Origin: Moniliella sp. 'wahieum'
Taxonomy: Eukaryota
Assembly (NCBI GenBank): GCA_003971905.1
Contig: RSEE01000017.1
Location: 620,001-684,000 of the forward strand
Length of the DNA stretch: 64,000 nucleotides
Direction: 5' to 3'
The position numbers and the translations under genes were made by a program. This document shows, piece by piece, positions 25,526 through 38,506 of the stretch (positions are counted from its first letter, which is position 1; every line of letters begins with the position of its first letter). The notes under the pieces were generated by a model. The model did not search any database. It saw only the letters and a list, made by a program, of their open reading frames with translations, and was not told the DNA's origin.

Positions 25526-26376
25526 TGCATCACATATGATGCCTGGGTATACGTGGTTTCTTTTTTGCTTTACTACCCCGGAGCAGTAGCTAGCTAGCTA
25601 GCTTATCGATCATGGGGTGCTCGCTGGTACTCTTCTCTTTCTTACTCTTCCCCCCACCCTCCCCCACCCCCTGTTTTCTGTTCTGTTTCACAAAACATCT
25701 ATCTTCTTGTTCTGTTGGCTGCCAGCCCACATGGTCCTTTCATGGTGGACGAAATTGAGTCCAACTAGAGAAAGGGAGGTTCCTATCGGAACGAAGTTCG
25801 TTTCCGTGATCCCAATCGCATCATGATTCATGATGCTGGGCTAATCGGATGGGCAATCATTCGATCTCCCAAGAAATATAACCCCAGTTGAATCCCTTTG
25901 AGCTACAAGCTTCTCAAGTTGTGCACGTTGCAAATGTCAAGTAGTAAATCTCTATGTCGGTAACCATATCATTGAAAGAGCTTAAGCTCTTATGGCTTGG
26001 ACAAAGAGCCCCTGCTCCCAAGGCCTAAACCGACCCGTTGATCCGGCGTGTGTTGCTTGGTAGCGCCAACGCCGTTGAGGCGTTGAGGGAAGCAGGGGAA
26101 TCGCCAGAGGAGATCCGGTCCCACTTGCGGCAGAATGAAAATCAAAACAGAGTTGAAGTTCAATATTTCACGCTTTTCAGCCGATTGGGCGGCGTTAGTA
26201 ATCTCGATCCTGGCTGCCTGATCGATGATCATCGATCATGTACCGACGCACCACGACGGGACCGCTTATTAGTTACTGGTCGCTGTCGCCCGTCGAGGCA
26301 GGCAAGTCGGGGGGTGGTCGGGTGGACGAACGTGTCGACCCACCACGACCCAGCCTCCAGTTTGCTGTCGCGCACC

Positions 26377-27287
26377 ATGCCGGTTCCCTGGGACGCGCTG
26401 TTACCCTGTGGCATCATTCTTGGCTTCTACGGTCTCTGGGGGCAAGCGCAGTACCAAGGATCCCGTTTTGCCAACGAGGGCAAGGTACGTCCCCCCCCCC
26501 CTCCACCCAAAAAAAGGGAGAGGATAGAAAAGCAAAGAAACAAAGAAACAAAGAAACAAAGAAACAAAGAAACAAAGAAAGCCTATGCGATGGGTCGGAA
26601 CCGGTCATGTTAACTCGTTTTGTCCCTCCTATGCTGCTTCGTTTTCTTGCTACGTCTGGCTTTTGTCCTTTTGTCCTTTTGCCCTTTTCGTTTTCCCTTT
26701 GGTCCATTTATCTTTTCTTTCGTTTGTTCGTCCGTTCGTTTTCCAGAACGCGCGGATCAAGCATGACAACTGGATCGACATGATGATGAGCCGCGATCGC
26801 AGCTTGACAAACACGTATCGAGGACAACGGGTACGTTTCTTGTTCCGGCAGGCGGCCGGCCGGCAGTTGCGCTCGTGCTCGTGTTTGTGCTTATGCTTGT
26901 ACTTGTGCTTGTGCTTGTGCTTGCACGTGTGTCCACTTGAGCCTTCAGGCCTTCGCCTCGCTCCCCCTACCTCCTACCTCACCCCTCTTTCCACCCCAGC
27001 TAGCTGACCAGGCACTCCGTTATCTGACCTTTGATTTCTTATTTCTTCTCTCCTTTCGTACCACCCCCCCCCTCTTGCTCTTTCCCATTGTCTTCCTCTT
27101 TCTCTTTCTCGTTTTCTCTACCCCTTCCCGGCCGTTTCCCTTTTCTGCCCTGGACCCTCGTTTTGGCCCTTGGGTTCTGGGTGCTCGGTGGGTCCTTGTC
27201 CCTCCGCTCCGCCATCCAGACCGATCCCGAAGCCCCTCCCAAGTTCCACGCCGTCGACTCGCATCCACGCTCTGGCGCATGCAGTAA
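26377..27287 (+). CDS. NDUFA1: NADH:ubiquinone oxidoreductase subunit MWFE/NDUFA1; exons 26377-26484, 26747-26830, 27220-about 27287
   Basis: MPVPWDALLPCGIILGFYGL..FANEGK|NARIKHDNWIDMMMSRDRSLTNTYRGQR|TDPEAPPKF matches the fungal pattern MPVP.EAL.P..D.W...MM.RD.RLTG..RGQ...PEAP. The stop is uncertain because of a frameshift. Confidence 0.88.
26533..26580. repeat. (CAAAGAAA)n octamer tract in NDUFA1 intron 1
   Basis: About six tandem copies visible. Confidence 0.9.
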
Positions 27288-29708
27288 CCAAATCCTTCCG
27301 CCGCCCTCGCTCTTGTCGGTAGCGGTAGATGTATATGCGGGAGGGGAGATGGGTCGGGAGATGGGTCGGGAGATGGGGAGATGGGGAGATGGATCGGGAA
27401 AAGACCGGAACCAGGGGCGGGGGTTGTTAGTCCGACCACGAAGGAAACCATACCTTGTTGGTGGAAGCAGCGATCCTGCATCGTGGGCGCGGCATAATCA
27501 AGTGGCTATGATGAAAACGGGTTCCAAGCGCTGGAGCTGGGGAGGCTGGTTCACTGGCAAGGACGAGGTGAGGTACTTGAAGAGGGTAGGTGGATCTAGG
27601 TCTCCGAAGAGAGGCAGATATATACGCTGCGCGTATCCCCATGAAACGAGGCGCCTTCCATGAAGAGCAGAACTAGATGGATGTTGTTGAGGAGCCATCC
27701 ATCAGGCAAAAAAAGGAAAAGAAGCTGTGAAGGGGGAAGGAAAGTTCAATCTATCGTATGCGAGAGCGTAAAAGCATCTTCCCAGTTAACTCCTGTTGCC
27801 CTAACCTATTGCTGCGCGGCCAAGAACAAAAACCACAACACAGGCGTCGCCGGCGATCGCCTCAATCTCTCTCATTGCAGAGTACTGAATAGAATACCTC
27901 GATGGTTCAACGTGAGCGGGCGAATGGAGCAGAGCGTAGGGTTAGCGCAGGGGTGTACTGCTGTACTGAGTCCCAGTACTAATGGTGCTGATGTCCTGAG
28001 TACAGACAGTCGATGGGGGTGGAGGGAACGATTCTATGCGCTGTGTGTCCCTGCACCCATTCAAGCTTCAAGCTTCAAGAGCTTCACTTCAATGTTGAAA
28101 TTTTAACTGCTTCAATATCCATTTCGATTGCGTAAGCTTTCACGCTCCACCAGCCGCGGCGCCTCGCGCCCAGTATGCCAAGTGTGCCCAAGTGTGCCCA
28201 AGTGCCCGCCTGCCGACCCGTCCCCTGTTCGTGGGGCGTCTAAGCTGCAAGCCTCATCCACATCATCCATCATCCGCTCGATCAGCGATCTTCGGAGCGT
28301 CGAATCTTAATCAAATTAATCACTAGCGCCTATTGTGATACTGAGATAGATATTGATAGTGGTCGATGAGCGATCGATGACCAATCAGTTGGTCCCATCT
28401 TAGATCTTAGATCTTACCGGTGACCATGTGACCCAAGACAGACGTGGAAATGGAGACGGGAGATCCCACCAGCTCGTCCTGGTTCGGTGGCGACCGCACC
28501 ACGACAAGTGTGGGGCCTGGGCAAAAAGGTGGAATGTCATAATGGACTTGAGGAAAGGTGCATGAAGCTCAACGTGAGAGACGCTTCAACCTCCAAGCTT
28601 CAAGCGGGGCGTACGGCGTACGGGGGACCGATCCCGACTCAGCCTGAGCTGAGTGTGCTGTGGCAGATTAAAGGGGGACTCAGCGTTTAGCTGAGCCTGT
28701 AAGCCTATAGCCTTCTGTCTGGTGAGCCTGAGCTTCTGTTGGTTCTCTTGTGAGCCATATGCACACCATCAATGATGTGCTATCGGAAGACAAAATGCCA
28801 TCTCTTCTACAATCCTAATAGCTCTGCCTTTGCCACTGTCAATACAGAACGCACCTGAGGATGCATATGGGGTGCATCAGCCGATTGTCGGTGGTCCCCA
28901 TCTCGTGGTTAGAGTCCGAGTGGTCCAAGGTGAACAGCATGTGGACCGACGGGCGGAAACAGATGGGGTGATAGGCCACCAGCGTGTGTGTGTGGTTTGG
29001 TCTGGTCTCGAGTCTCGAGTCGGCGTCCGAGTGGGCGGGACGGGTGATGGAGGGTGGTGGGCGGAGGCGGTGGCACACATGTGTCAGGCATGTCACATTG
29101 TCAAACCGCGGGCAGCTGGCGTGTGGCGGGTATGGCCCACCCGATCAGCCGTCGTCTCGACCACCCAACCACACACTCGCATCCAGCTGGGAGCTGAGTC
29201 GAGTAGCTAGTAGTAGGTCAGCGTGACATGTGCCATGGGACAGGGCATGCGAGTGGCAACGCCCACTAGCTCCCGCTGCGCCGCTCGCCCCGCGGGCAGT
29301 GTGGGTCGGCCGAGCGTGGCTGGCGCGGCACCCACTGCCCCCCCGCCTGGCACGACCACCCGCATGGCGCCAGCGGCCGTGTGCGACCGCCCACTGCGCC
29401 GCTGCGCGGTGGCGCGGGCAGCAGGGCGACAGGGCGAGTGCAGCCGTGCAGCGGGCAGCACGGGGGCAGCAGCGCTGGGTGGGTGATGGTCACTGCTCGC
29501 GCAGCAGCCCCCCCCGCAGCCCCCCGCAGCACACCGCAGCACACCGCAGCACGCCCCAGCTCGCTCCTGCCGCCGCCTGCCGACAGCCACACTTGCATGT
29601 CGCCATGGCCCTCCTTTCCCCCCGTAGCCCCTCGCCCCCCCCCCCCACCCGTCCCTTCCTCCACTCCTCTACACCTGCTCCTTCTCCTGCTCCTCCCCCG
29701 CCCCCACC

Positions 29709-32700
29709 ATGATGGGTACCCACTCGCCCTATCCGTCGCCCGGCGCCAACGCCTCGTCCTTCCCCTCGTCCCCGACCTCCCCGCCGCCCACCTCGGCCCC
29801 GCCCACAAGCAAGAAATGGCGTTCTGTCCTGGGTCTGGCCCGTCGCGCGCCTGCTGCTGCCATTTCTGCACGCCGCGTGCCTCCGCCTGCCCATCTCGCC
29901 ATCCCGCCCCAGATGCTGACCCAGCCAGCGGCCACTGCGACATCCAACCCGCCCGTGCCTGTGCCCGTGCCGCACGTGATCCACACGGGCGTCGCTGTCC
30001 TTCCCCCCTCGGCTCCTCCTTCGACACTAGCTTCCTCGGCTGGCTCTAGCTCTGGCACGCTCTCGGACCGGCCTAGCCCAGCCTCTTCCGCCGACCAACC
30101 GGCCCCATCGGACTTTACTGCCCAGCCACGCGCTAGTCCTGCACCGCCTCTGCGCCGGCCCACGTCCATGCCTGACGCCCACGCGCTCTTCCGGTCTCCT
30201 TCGGCACCTCACTTGCCCGTCCCAGCCAGCGATCACGACGAGCAACTGCGCATATTTAATGCTGCACTCTCCATGTCCCAGTCTCCATCCCCTCTCCGTC
30301 CCCGTCCCCGTCCCACCCACATGCGCAGGCGCAGGCACAGGCGCACGGCCGCTCCCCCCGCCCCGTGGCGAGCGCGGTGGCCACGGTGAACAGTTCACCC
30401 ATACCAGCAATGGAGAGGATAACGATACAGTTGAAGTTCTGGGACCCGTGTCTCCATCTGTTTCTCCCACCTCGCCTGCGCACCCTTCGCTTCCTCCCGT
30501 TGCGCCGTTCCAATCTCTCTCCCAACCGAGTCGGCATGCCGATGCGCGCTCCCCAGGGTCGTCAGACACCAGCACTACCGCTACCGCTACGGTACGGAGC
30601 TGCAACGCTGGCCTACGTTTACGGGCTCGAACGTGCCGATGAATGGGAATGCGCTGAGTTTCAGTTCGCAAGACTTTGAGCCGCACAAGAAGAGTGGGAA
30701 TGGATTTTGCGCAGCGTGTCCCGATCCGGGTCGCGTACGGGCACTCATTCCGGTGGGGGTGCTGCCCCACCGCCATTGAAGCGCAACAACTCCATTTCCT
30801 CCTTTGCCAACTTAGTCCACGGTGGCACGCACCCGCCTCGGTCTTCACCGGGTGGTACGGCGAGTGCGACGGCGAGTGCGACGGCGAGTCCAGGAACAAG
30901 ACCCGCGACTGCTGGTTCTCCATTGACGACTGTCTCGGCCTCCGGGTCGGGCGAGACGAAACGGTCAGGAGGGTTTAGTGCTACGCTGGCGTCGTGGCGC
31001 AACCGTGCGTTTAAAGATAAGACTGATCCGTTCAAATCGCGTCCGAAGCGCAAAGGTTCTCTTGGTTCGTTCCTTGTCCTTGTCCTTATCCTTGTCCCTG
31101 TTACGTGTACCGACGTGGCTACTGCGTGTCCTGTCGCCGGGTCCTAGTCCACTAGTTTACTTGGTCACTTGCTTTCTCTCTGTCCGGCTCCGCATCTGAC
31201 CCTGACTGTCTCTTTCTTTTGTGCATTTTTCCAGATCCGCACGGGGTCAACTCCTCGGTCGCCGTCGCGTTGGGGGGGAAGAATCCACGTGCGTCGTCGG
31301 TGGGATACTTACCGTTATCCGGGCCGAATGGGGTACATTCGTCCGGTGTTGCAGGTGGGAGTTCGACGTCGGTTGCTGGGTTGGGGCTGGCGCGTCCGGC
31401 AGTGCGATTCCAACGGGCGTAGGGCGTCGGACCTACTCGGCTTCGTCAATCAAGGTGTCTGCGACGGAGGTGGGCCCCGGGTCGTTCAATAAGATCAAGT
31501 TGCTGGGTAAAGGCGATGTGGGTAAAGTCTACCTCGTGCGCGAGAAGAAGTCAGAAAAGTTGTATGCGATGAAAGGTGCGTTGTCATTCCCGTTCTCCGG
31601 TTGGTATGGTGCTGATTGAGTTGAGCTAACTCACCCCCCCTTCTCCTTCTTATGCTTGTGCTTTCCATCTCCATTTTCCATATTCCATCTTCCATCTTCC
31701 ATCTACGGTTGAATTTTGCGCTGCAGTGTTGAGCAAGAAGGAGATGATCAAGCGGAACAAGATCAAACGAGTTTTGGCCGAGCAAGAGATCCTCGCGTCG
31801 CTCAACCACCCCTTCATCGTGACGCTGTACCACAGTTTCCAATCGGAAGAGTACCTGTACCTGTGTATGGAGTACTGTGTTGGAGGAGAATTTTTCCGTG
31901 CGCTGCAATCGCTTCCGGGCAAATGTTTAGCCGAGGACGATGCACGTTTCTACGCGGCAGAAGTAACTGCTGCACTGGAGTACCTACACTTAATGGGCTT
32001 TATCTACCGTGACCTCAAACCCGAAAACATTCTGCTGCACGAATCGGGCCACGTGATGCTTTCGGACTTTGATCTTTCCGCGCGAGCCGGTACGCGTGGG
32101 GCGAGCCTGCGGTGATCCGACAAGCTACACACCAACAGTGCACCAATTGTGGATACACGTTCGTGCATTGGGGATTTACGTACCAACTCGTTTGTCGGTA
32201 CGGAGGAGTACATTGCGCCCGAGGTGATCAAGGGGTGGTCACACCTCGGCGGTGGACTGGTGGACACTAGGAATCTTGATTTACGAAATGGTGTATGCGA
32301 CAACACCTTTCAAAGGGTCTTCGCGCAACGGGACTTTTTCCAATGTACTTAAGCGCGAAGTGATCTTCCCGGACCATGTGGGTTCCGGCGTGGGATCCGG
32401 CACGAGCCATGGCCGTAAGCCCGGCACTCTCCCAATCCGGTAAAAGTTTAATCAAGAAACTCCTGATCAAAGATGAGACGCGTCGTCTGGGCTCGGTGAC
32501 GGGTGCGTCGGAAGTCAAGGAACATCGATGGTTCGCATCGATCAACTGGGGGTTACTGCGGAACCGACAACCGCCCATTATCCCCCACACCAGCCGAGGT
32601 GATTGCAGCGCTGGAAGCACAAGCGCAAGCGCGCATGGCGCATCCGCATACTAAGCCTGGTTCCGCGGGGTCCGGCACTTCAGGCGGGTCAGGACTAGCT

Positions 32701-32942
32701 TCTGCCCCCGCTCTCGGGTCCGGGTCGAGCTTAGGACTGGGAATGGGGGTAGGGGTAGGAGTTGGACCGGGCGGGTCTGCAGGTTCGTCAGCCGTGCACG
32801 GGGGAAAAGCCCCTCCCTCGTCTCGCTTGGGCGATTCGTTACCCGGCACAGATGGCGATGCGCGTTTCACACACCCGACTCGAACAATCCCTTTTCGGGG
32901 TTCGAGTGCATTACCCTCCACCACGATGGCGACGAAGATTAA
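29709..32942 (+). CDS. FPK1: AGC Ser/Thr kinase, nrc-2/FPK1/KIN82 (flippase kinase) type; introns about 31056-31234 and 31576-31726; start uncertain
   Basis: [61 protein letters not shown] (DFD motif), [20 protein letters not shown]-terminal [18 protein letters not shown]. Confidence 0.93.
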
Positions 32943-33982
32943 GGGAAAGGGAAAGAGGAAGAGGAAAAGTAAACGTAAACGTACGACGAGTATGTGCGAC
33001 GCGGCGAGGTACCGCTGGGACCAGAGCAACAGCGCAAGACAACGAATGGGAAAAGGGAGGGAGGGGTGTGTACAATTAATTGTCTCCCCCCCCTCAGTCG
33101 TCTACCCCTTCCCTTTGGGCTAGGTTCTCCTGGGGTTCCGTTGTGCTTCTTGCCTATTGGGTTTCAGTTTCTCGTGTGTGTGTTTCGTTTCTTGGTCCCG
33201 TTTTGGTCCGGGATCGGGATCGGTTGGCTTTGTTTTGCTTTGCTTTGCATGGCCGACGTGAGTACCCCTTTCGTGTCGTTTCGTTTCGTTGCTCGTTCGG
33301 ACGCCTCTCCCTCTCCCCTTTTCTGCTCCTCTCCCTCTCCCCTCTTCTGCCCTCTTCTGCCCCACCTCTCTCCCCTGTTGCTTCCCCCTTACCTCTGTCC
33401 ATCCCTGTCCATCCCCCTCCCTGCCCCCCCTGGTCCCCTCTTTGGTCCCAACCTCGGGCCCAGCCGCATCGCGTGGCATTGCATTCTTTTATTCTTGCCC
33501 CCCTCCTCCCTTCGTGTGCCATCCTTTGTGTGCCATTTTGTGTGTGCCATGCTTTGTACGCCATCGCTTTGCTTGTGTGTACCACGTGACCCTTCCCCCC
33601 CCCATCTCCTCCCCCCCTTTCCTCTTCTGTTCTTCCCGACTTGCTACCCCCTACCACCCACTTGCTCCCCACGCTCCACCCACGCTCCACCCTCGCCCGT
33701 CGCAGCCCGGTTCATCAGATCAGGGGGAAAGAGTCCCCGTCCCCCGTCCCCCGTCCTCGGTCTCCCGTCCCCAGTCCCCAGTCCTCGTACCTTGCGATTG
33801 GCTCGTGTTCGTGCTTGATGGTGCGCTGTCCCTGCTACGCCTCCTACGCCTGCTCTTCGGTTGCGGCAGTCGGGTTGGGGTTGGGTCAGGGGTGAGGTGG
33901 GCCAAAAAGCGACGAGCCGAGCAGATGAGAGAAACGCGCGGGGGATGGGGAAGGGAAAAGTACAAGCAAAAGGAACGCGACA

Positions 33983-34024
33983 ACGTTGAATGGTGAATGG
34001 TGAATGGTGAATGGTGAATGGTGA
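33983..34024. repeat. (TGAATGG)n heptamer array
   Basis: ACGT-TGA-ATGG-TGA-ATGG-TGA-ATGG-TGA-ATGG-TGA-ATGG-TGA. Confidence 0.9.
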
Positions 34025-35429
34025 AAATGTTGAATTGAATTGGACCTTCAATGCCACCACATTGGGTTGTGGTTGTGGTTGTGGTTGTTGTGGTTGGGCG
34101 GGTGGTCGGTTGTGTGGCGGCCAAAGTGGTGAATCGGTGAAGAGGAAAAGGAAAAGGAAATGGAAATGGAAAAGAAAGGAAAAGAAAGCGAAGGGGAAAG
34201 GGGAAGGGAGACAGCGGAAGGGAGGGAGCAAGAGTGCTCAGCTGAGTCAGAGTAGCTAAGGCGGAGAGGGGAGGATGGACTGGCTGCCTAACAAAAAGAT
34301 GCCTAGGCCTGACGTTCTACGGCAGGCGGAGAATAAAGGTGTTGCTGCGGAGGCAGTGAGAGGCGGGAAAAGGTGGGTGATGGACGATGGGTGATGGACG
34401 ATGGATGATGCATGGCATGGCTCAGTAGGCGAGTGTCGTGTGTGCTCAATAAGCTTGGAGGGATGATTTCGATGGCAGTGTGCGTGTGCGCGGTGGCTTG
34501 GCATTCGATCGAGGGAGCAGGCCCAGGCACCAGGCGACGATCCCAGTCCTGTGGCCATGGCCAGCGGGGGGGGAATGAATGGGGTGGACGAGGACATTGG
34601 TATATTGAGACGAGACGTATGTAGTGTTGGGGCCAGCCAGAATGGGGGGATGCAGCAGTGTGGGGCACTCGGGTTTTTTCTTGTGGGGGTTGAGTATGAG
34701 TACGTTGAGTTGAGACGTTCAAGCATTCAGAGCACTGAGCAATGGGTAAGGCACAGGGTGGGTGGTGTGCGCTGTGGTGCTGGGCGCTCTTAACGCGCTT
34801 AACCCCACGCGGTGCAGGACACTGGCGTGGTGCCAGACGCCCCGCCGTGCGATTTGGCGCACTAAAGCCGCCGGCTTGGGGGGGGGGGTGTGTGCCTGGC
34901 GCGCTGGGGCAGGGAAGGGGGCGGCACGGGGCCAGTGGGGCGTGCGGCTGGGGGTGGGGCAGGGTCTGGTAGGACCCGCAGGGCAGGGCCAGGCAGGCCC
35001 AGCTGCCTGCCATCGGTGCTGGCGTGGGGCAAGCGACAGAGACCTGGGCCAGGCAAGGCCAGGCAAGCACTGGGTACTGGCTGCACAAGAGGTGTGGATG
35101 GTTCTTCTGCGGCGGGCACGCCCCCACTCTGGTCGCCGTCTGACTGCTGCCTAGACTGGGTGCGCACCACACGCACGTGCCTGTGCTTGGCCCGTACATG
35201 CTGCATGCCAGCCTCAGACGTCCCGCCTCGCTCCAGCGCACGCCCCAGTATGCATGCCTCTCCCCTCACGCCAGCCACAGACGACACTGCCCCCCCCCAC
35301 CCATCCCGATCGGCATCCCCCTCCCCCGCTTTTTGTATATATTTTCCATTTTCCACACCCGTGTCTGTGTCGCACCCGCCCCATCCACCCCCTTCTCCGT
35401 CCTCCCCACCGCCCCCCTTCCTGCCCCCC

Positions 35430-36584
35430 ATGAGCAACAGCCAGCACAAAGACGAACAAGGCAGCATCCACCTGCACACCACCAGCAACCCCAACAGCGA
35501 TGTAGAGGAAGCCCCCGCCACCCGCTCCTCCGTCTTCCCTCCCTTCTGCGCAGCCTTACTCGTGCGTCTTGTCTCCCCTCCCTCTCTCGGCTTCTCCGTT
35601 TGCTGGTAGGCGTGCGTGGCCTGACCCCTTAGTTGCCTCTCTTTCTTTTCATCCCAGCCGGAGGCCATGCCGTTGATACGTCTCAGGCCTTTCCCGTATA
35701 CCATCGGTACGTATATTACGGTGTGCTCCGTCCCCGGGCTTTGCTTTATCCGTCCCAGTTCCAGACAGAGCGCGTAACTGACTGTTAACTGTTGACCCCC
35801 TGCCTGCATTCTTGCCTCGGCCTACTATGATACCACAGCAAGTTTGCCAACCCAGCACCTCTGGGACTAATGGGCTTTGCCAGCACCACCTTTATCCTGT
35901 CGCTCTTTAACGTTGGTGCGCGTGGCATTGAACACGCCAACTTCATTGTTGCCCCTGCCTTGGCCACGGGCGGCTTGGCCCAGTTTGCTGCCGGTCTTTG
36001 GGAGTTTGCATCGGGTATGTGCATCCGTCAGAGTATAGAATAGGATAGAATCACTCACCTTTTTTTCCCTGGTTTTTCTCCCTCTCCTTGGCAGGCAACA
36101 CCTTTGGCGCCACCGCATTTTGCATGGTACGTCTCTTCCCCACCACTGTTCCTTCTGCATATGTGCACCCGCTGACTGGTTTCTTTTTCTTTTCCCGTGC
36201 CTCGCTACGTACAGTACGGAAGCTTCTGGATGAGCTTTGCAATGATTTTCATTCCGTGGTTTGGTATTGGGGCGGCACTGTCACCCGCCGAACTGGATTC
36301 GAGTATTGGCATTTTCCTCGCCACGTGGTTTATCGTGACGTTTATTCTGATGCTGGCGACGTTGCGAGCGTCGGTAGCGCTGGTCTGCGTCTTTACCTCG
36401 CTGACGGTTACGTTTTTGATGCTGTTTTGCCACTACTTTTCTGGTAATGCCCACCTCGGCACGGCAGGCGGCGCATTTGGCATCTTGTGTGCCGCCTGTG
36501 CTTTTACACGGCCGCCACGGCATTGTAACGGCCGAAACGTCCATCATGATCCTTCCCGCTGGCGATTTGAGCCGGAAAGACTAA
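35430..36584 (+). CDS. ADY2: GPR1/FUN34/YaaH (ATO) acetate/ammonia transporter; exons about 35430-35561, 35658-35706, 35839-36014, 36095-36126, 36215-36584
   Basis: Spliced product contains TPGGHAVDTSQ.AFPVYHRKFANPAPLGLMGFA (family signature NPAPLGL), GGLAQFAAGLWEFASGNTFGATAF, YGSFW and TM segments. All introns are GT-AG. Confidence 0.93.
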
Positions 36585-38506
36585 ACAAGTATGGGGACGA
36601 ATGTTCCTTTCGGTTCAGTTCTGCTCCGTTCTGTTCTTCAGTTTCTGTTGGACTATGTTCGATTCTGGGTCTGGTGCGCGCATTACACAGGGGTGCACCA
36701 ACCATTTTGCAATGGAGAGGTTTTCCTGAGGTTTCCTGAAGGATTCTGACCTCGGAATAACTAGATTCCCCGCTGGGCTTGACTTGTCACTTCTCTCGCG
36801 TCACACGTCTCATCGTTGTCTCCCGCTCCCGTCTTGTCATTCGTGATTGGGGGCGACGACGACAACCCATCACTCGTTTCCCTCTTCCCTCTTCTCTTTT
36901 CTCCTCTCTCTTCTGTCTTTAAACTTTACCCCAGCCCTGCTTGCTACATCCTCCTATATCTCCCTCTCCACTCGTGCCTTCCCCGTGCCTTCTCTGTCCA
37001 TTTACCTTGAAGCATGGGTGGTTGCTTTTTTTTCTTTTTGTTTGCTTCCCGGTAGACCGGCTGGTGTACGTAGCGTAGGAGTGACTGTCTGACTAGTCAG
37101 GCCTCTGCATACAAAGACAGAGGTGGCCCGGCAAGCGTGACTGTCACGCGCCACTGCTGTGGGTTTGACTCTTCCCAGTCCTCTGGCTGTGAGTACTGAG
37201 TGTTGGAAGCTTTTTCTTTTGCTACATGGACTTGGTTTGCGTGCTCCTGTCTATGAGGCAATAGAGATCGGAGGCCTAAGGGTCTTAGCTCATTGTCCCT
37301 TTTTCTTCGTTACGTTGTCTATCTATTCCTTGTCGATCAGTACTCAGTATCTACGACTAAAAAGAGCCTTTGATCCATGTTCTTCCCCTCTCCGCGGGGG
37401 TCATTTCGTTTTGGTTTTTCGTATTTCGTCAGGGGTGAGCCAGATAGGGGTCCAACCGATCCAATATGAAATGACAGGGCAAGTCCACAGTGCGCTCATC
37501 CAGGCTCAGTCTGCGCGTTTAACGTTGTCGTCTATAGTGCGGGTATGGCGGCACCACCGTCCTCCAACTACACCATCGGTCGAGAGACTGCCTCTCCCCT
37601 AGATGATGCCAACTTGTCAATCTGACCCACAGCATGAAAAAGTACCATAAGGCCTTAGGCCTTAGGCCTAAGGGCGCATTGCTTTCCAGGACGCTGTCGT
37701 CACGGATACGGACGACGATAGGCGTCCACAGTCCCGACGATCAGACGGTCTGATCGACACTGTGCACATATGGCCATCGCATGACGCCAACGCACGCGGG
37801 TGCAATGGTACACGACGTCGTGACGTGTTGAAGCTTCGCTTCTCCTGGAAAGTTTAGTTGAGCGATGAACGTGGTGAACTTGAACAGTGAGGCTAATGAG
37901 GAAGGGTCAGATTTCAAAGGCTACGTCGTGCTGGTGGTGGGGGTGGGCGTCGTGGCGGGGTCGTGGTGGGGGCCATGGGCGCTGCCTTCGTCGCGCTCCG
38001 CCGGGCTGGCTGGCCCACCAAACGCATCAAACTTTCAGGTGCTGGTCCACCGGTTTCACACCCCGCCGAGCATCACATACACTGCCCGTGTGCGGGGGCT
38101 GGGTGTGATGCCGAGCGACGCGTTCTGACGACGTCACAGTGGGGCTGCACGCCGCCGCCTGCCGTCGCGCTGGTCTGCGTGCCACGGGGCACAGCAGCGC
38201 GCGGCAGGGTGAAACAGCAGGCTGGACACTGGCCGGCTGCCCCAGCACGACCTGGCAGCCAGCGCGATTGGAACAAAGCACTAGCTGCCCCCTGCATCGT
38301 CGCGCTCGCCCCCCGCATTCACCCTTGCGTCCACCGCATCCATCGTCGTGCTCATCCGCATCATCGCTGTCCGATCCATTGAGATACTCAGATCCAGATC
38401 CTCACATCGCACATCTCGTCTCGATGTCTGCCGGCCGTATATATTCGTCCCCCTCCACCGCCCCTGTCCATAGTCCACCCCCCACCTAGCCCCCCCAGTC
38501 TCCGCC

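Noticed and set aside
25978..26230. SRP, RNase P or RNase MRP RNA assignment
   Set aside because: Only superficial resemblance. No UGUNR/helix-8 motif and no pairing CR-I/CR-V P4 strands found.
26038..26613. 191-aa ORF as an N-terminally extended NDUFA1
   Set aside because: It starts at TTG and runs into intron 1. Family similarity begins at MPVPW (26377).
32994..35241. Long Pro/Leu/Gly-rich ORFs downstream of the FPK1-type kinase
   Set aside because: Low-complexity pyrimidine- or purine-rich UTR and intergenic sequence with simple repeats; no domain motifs.
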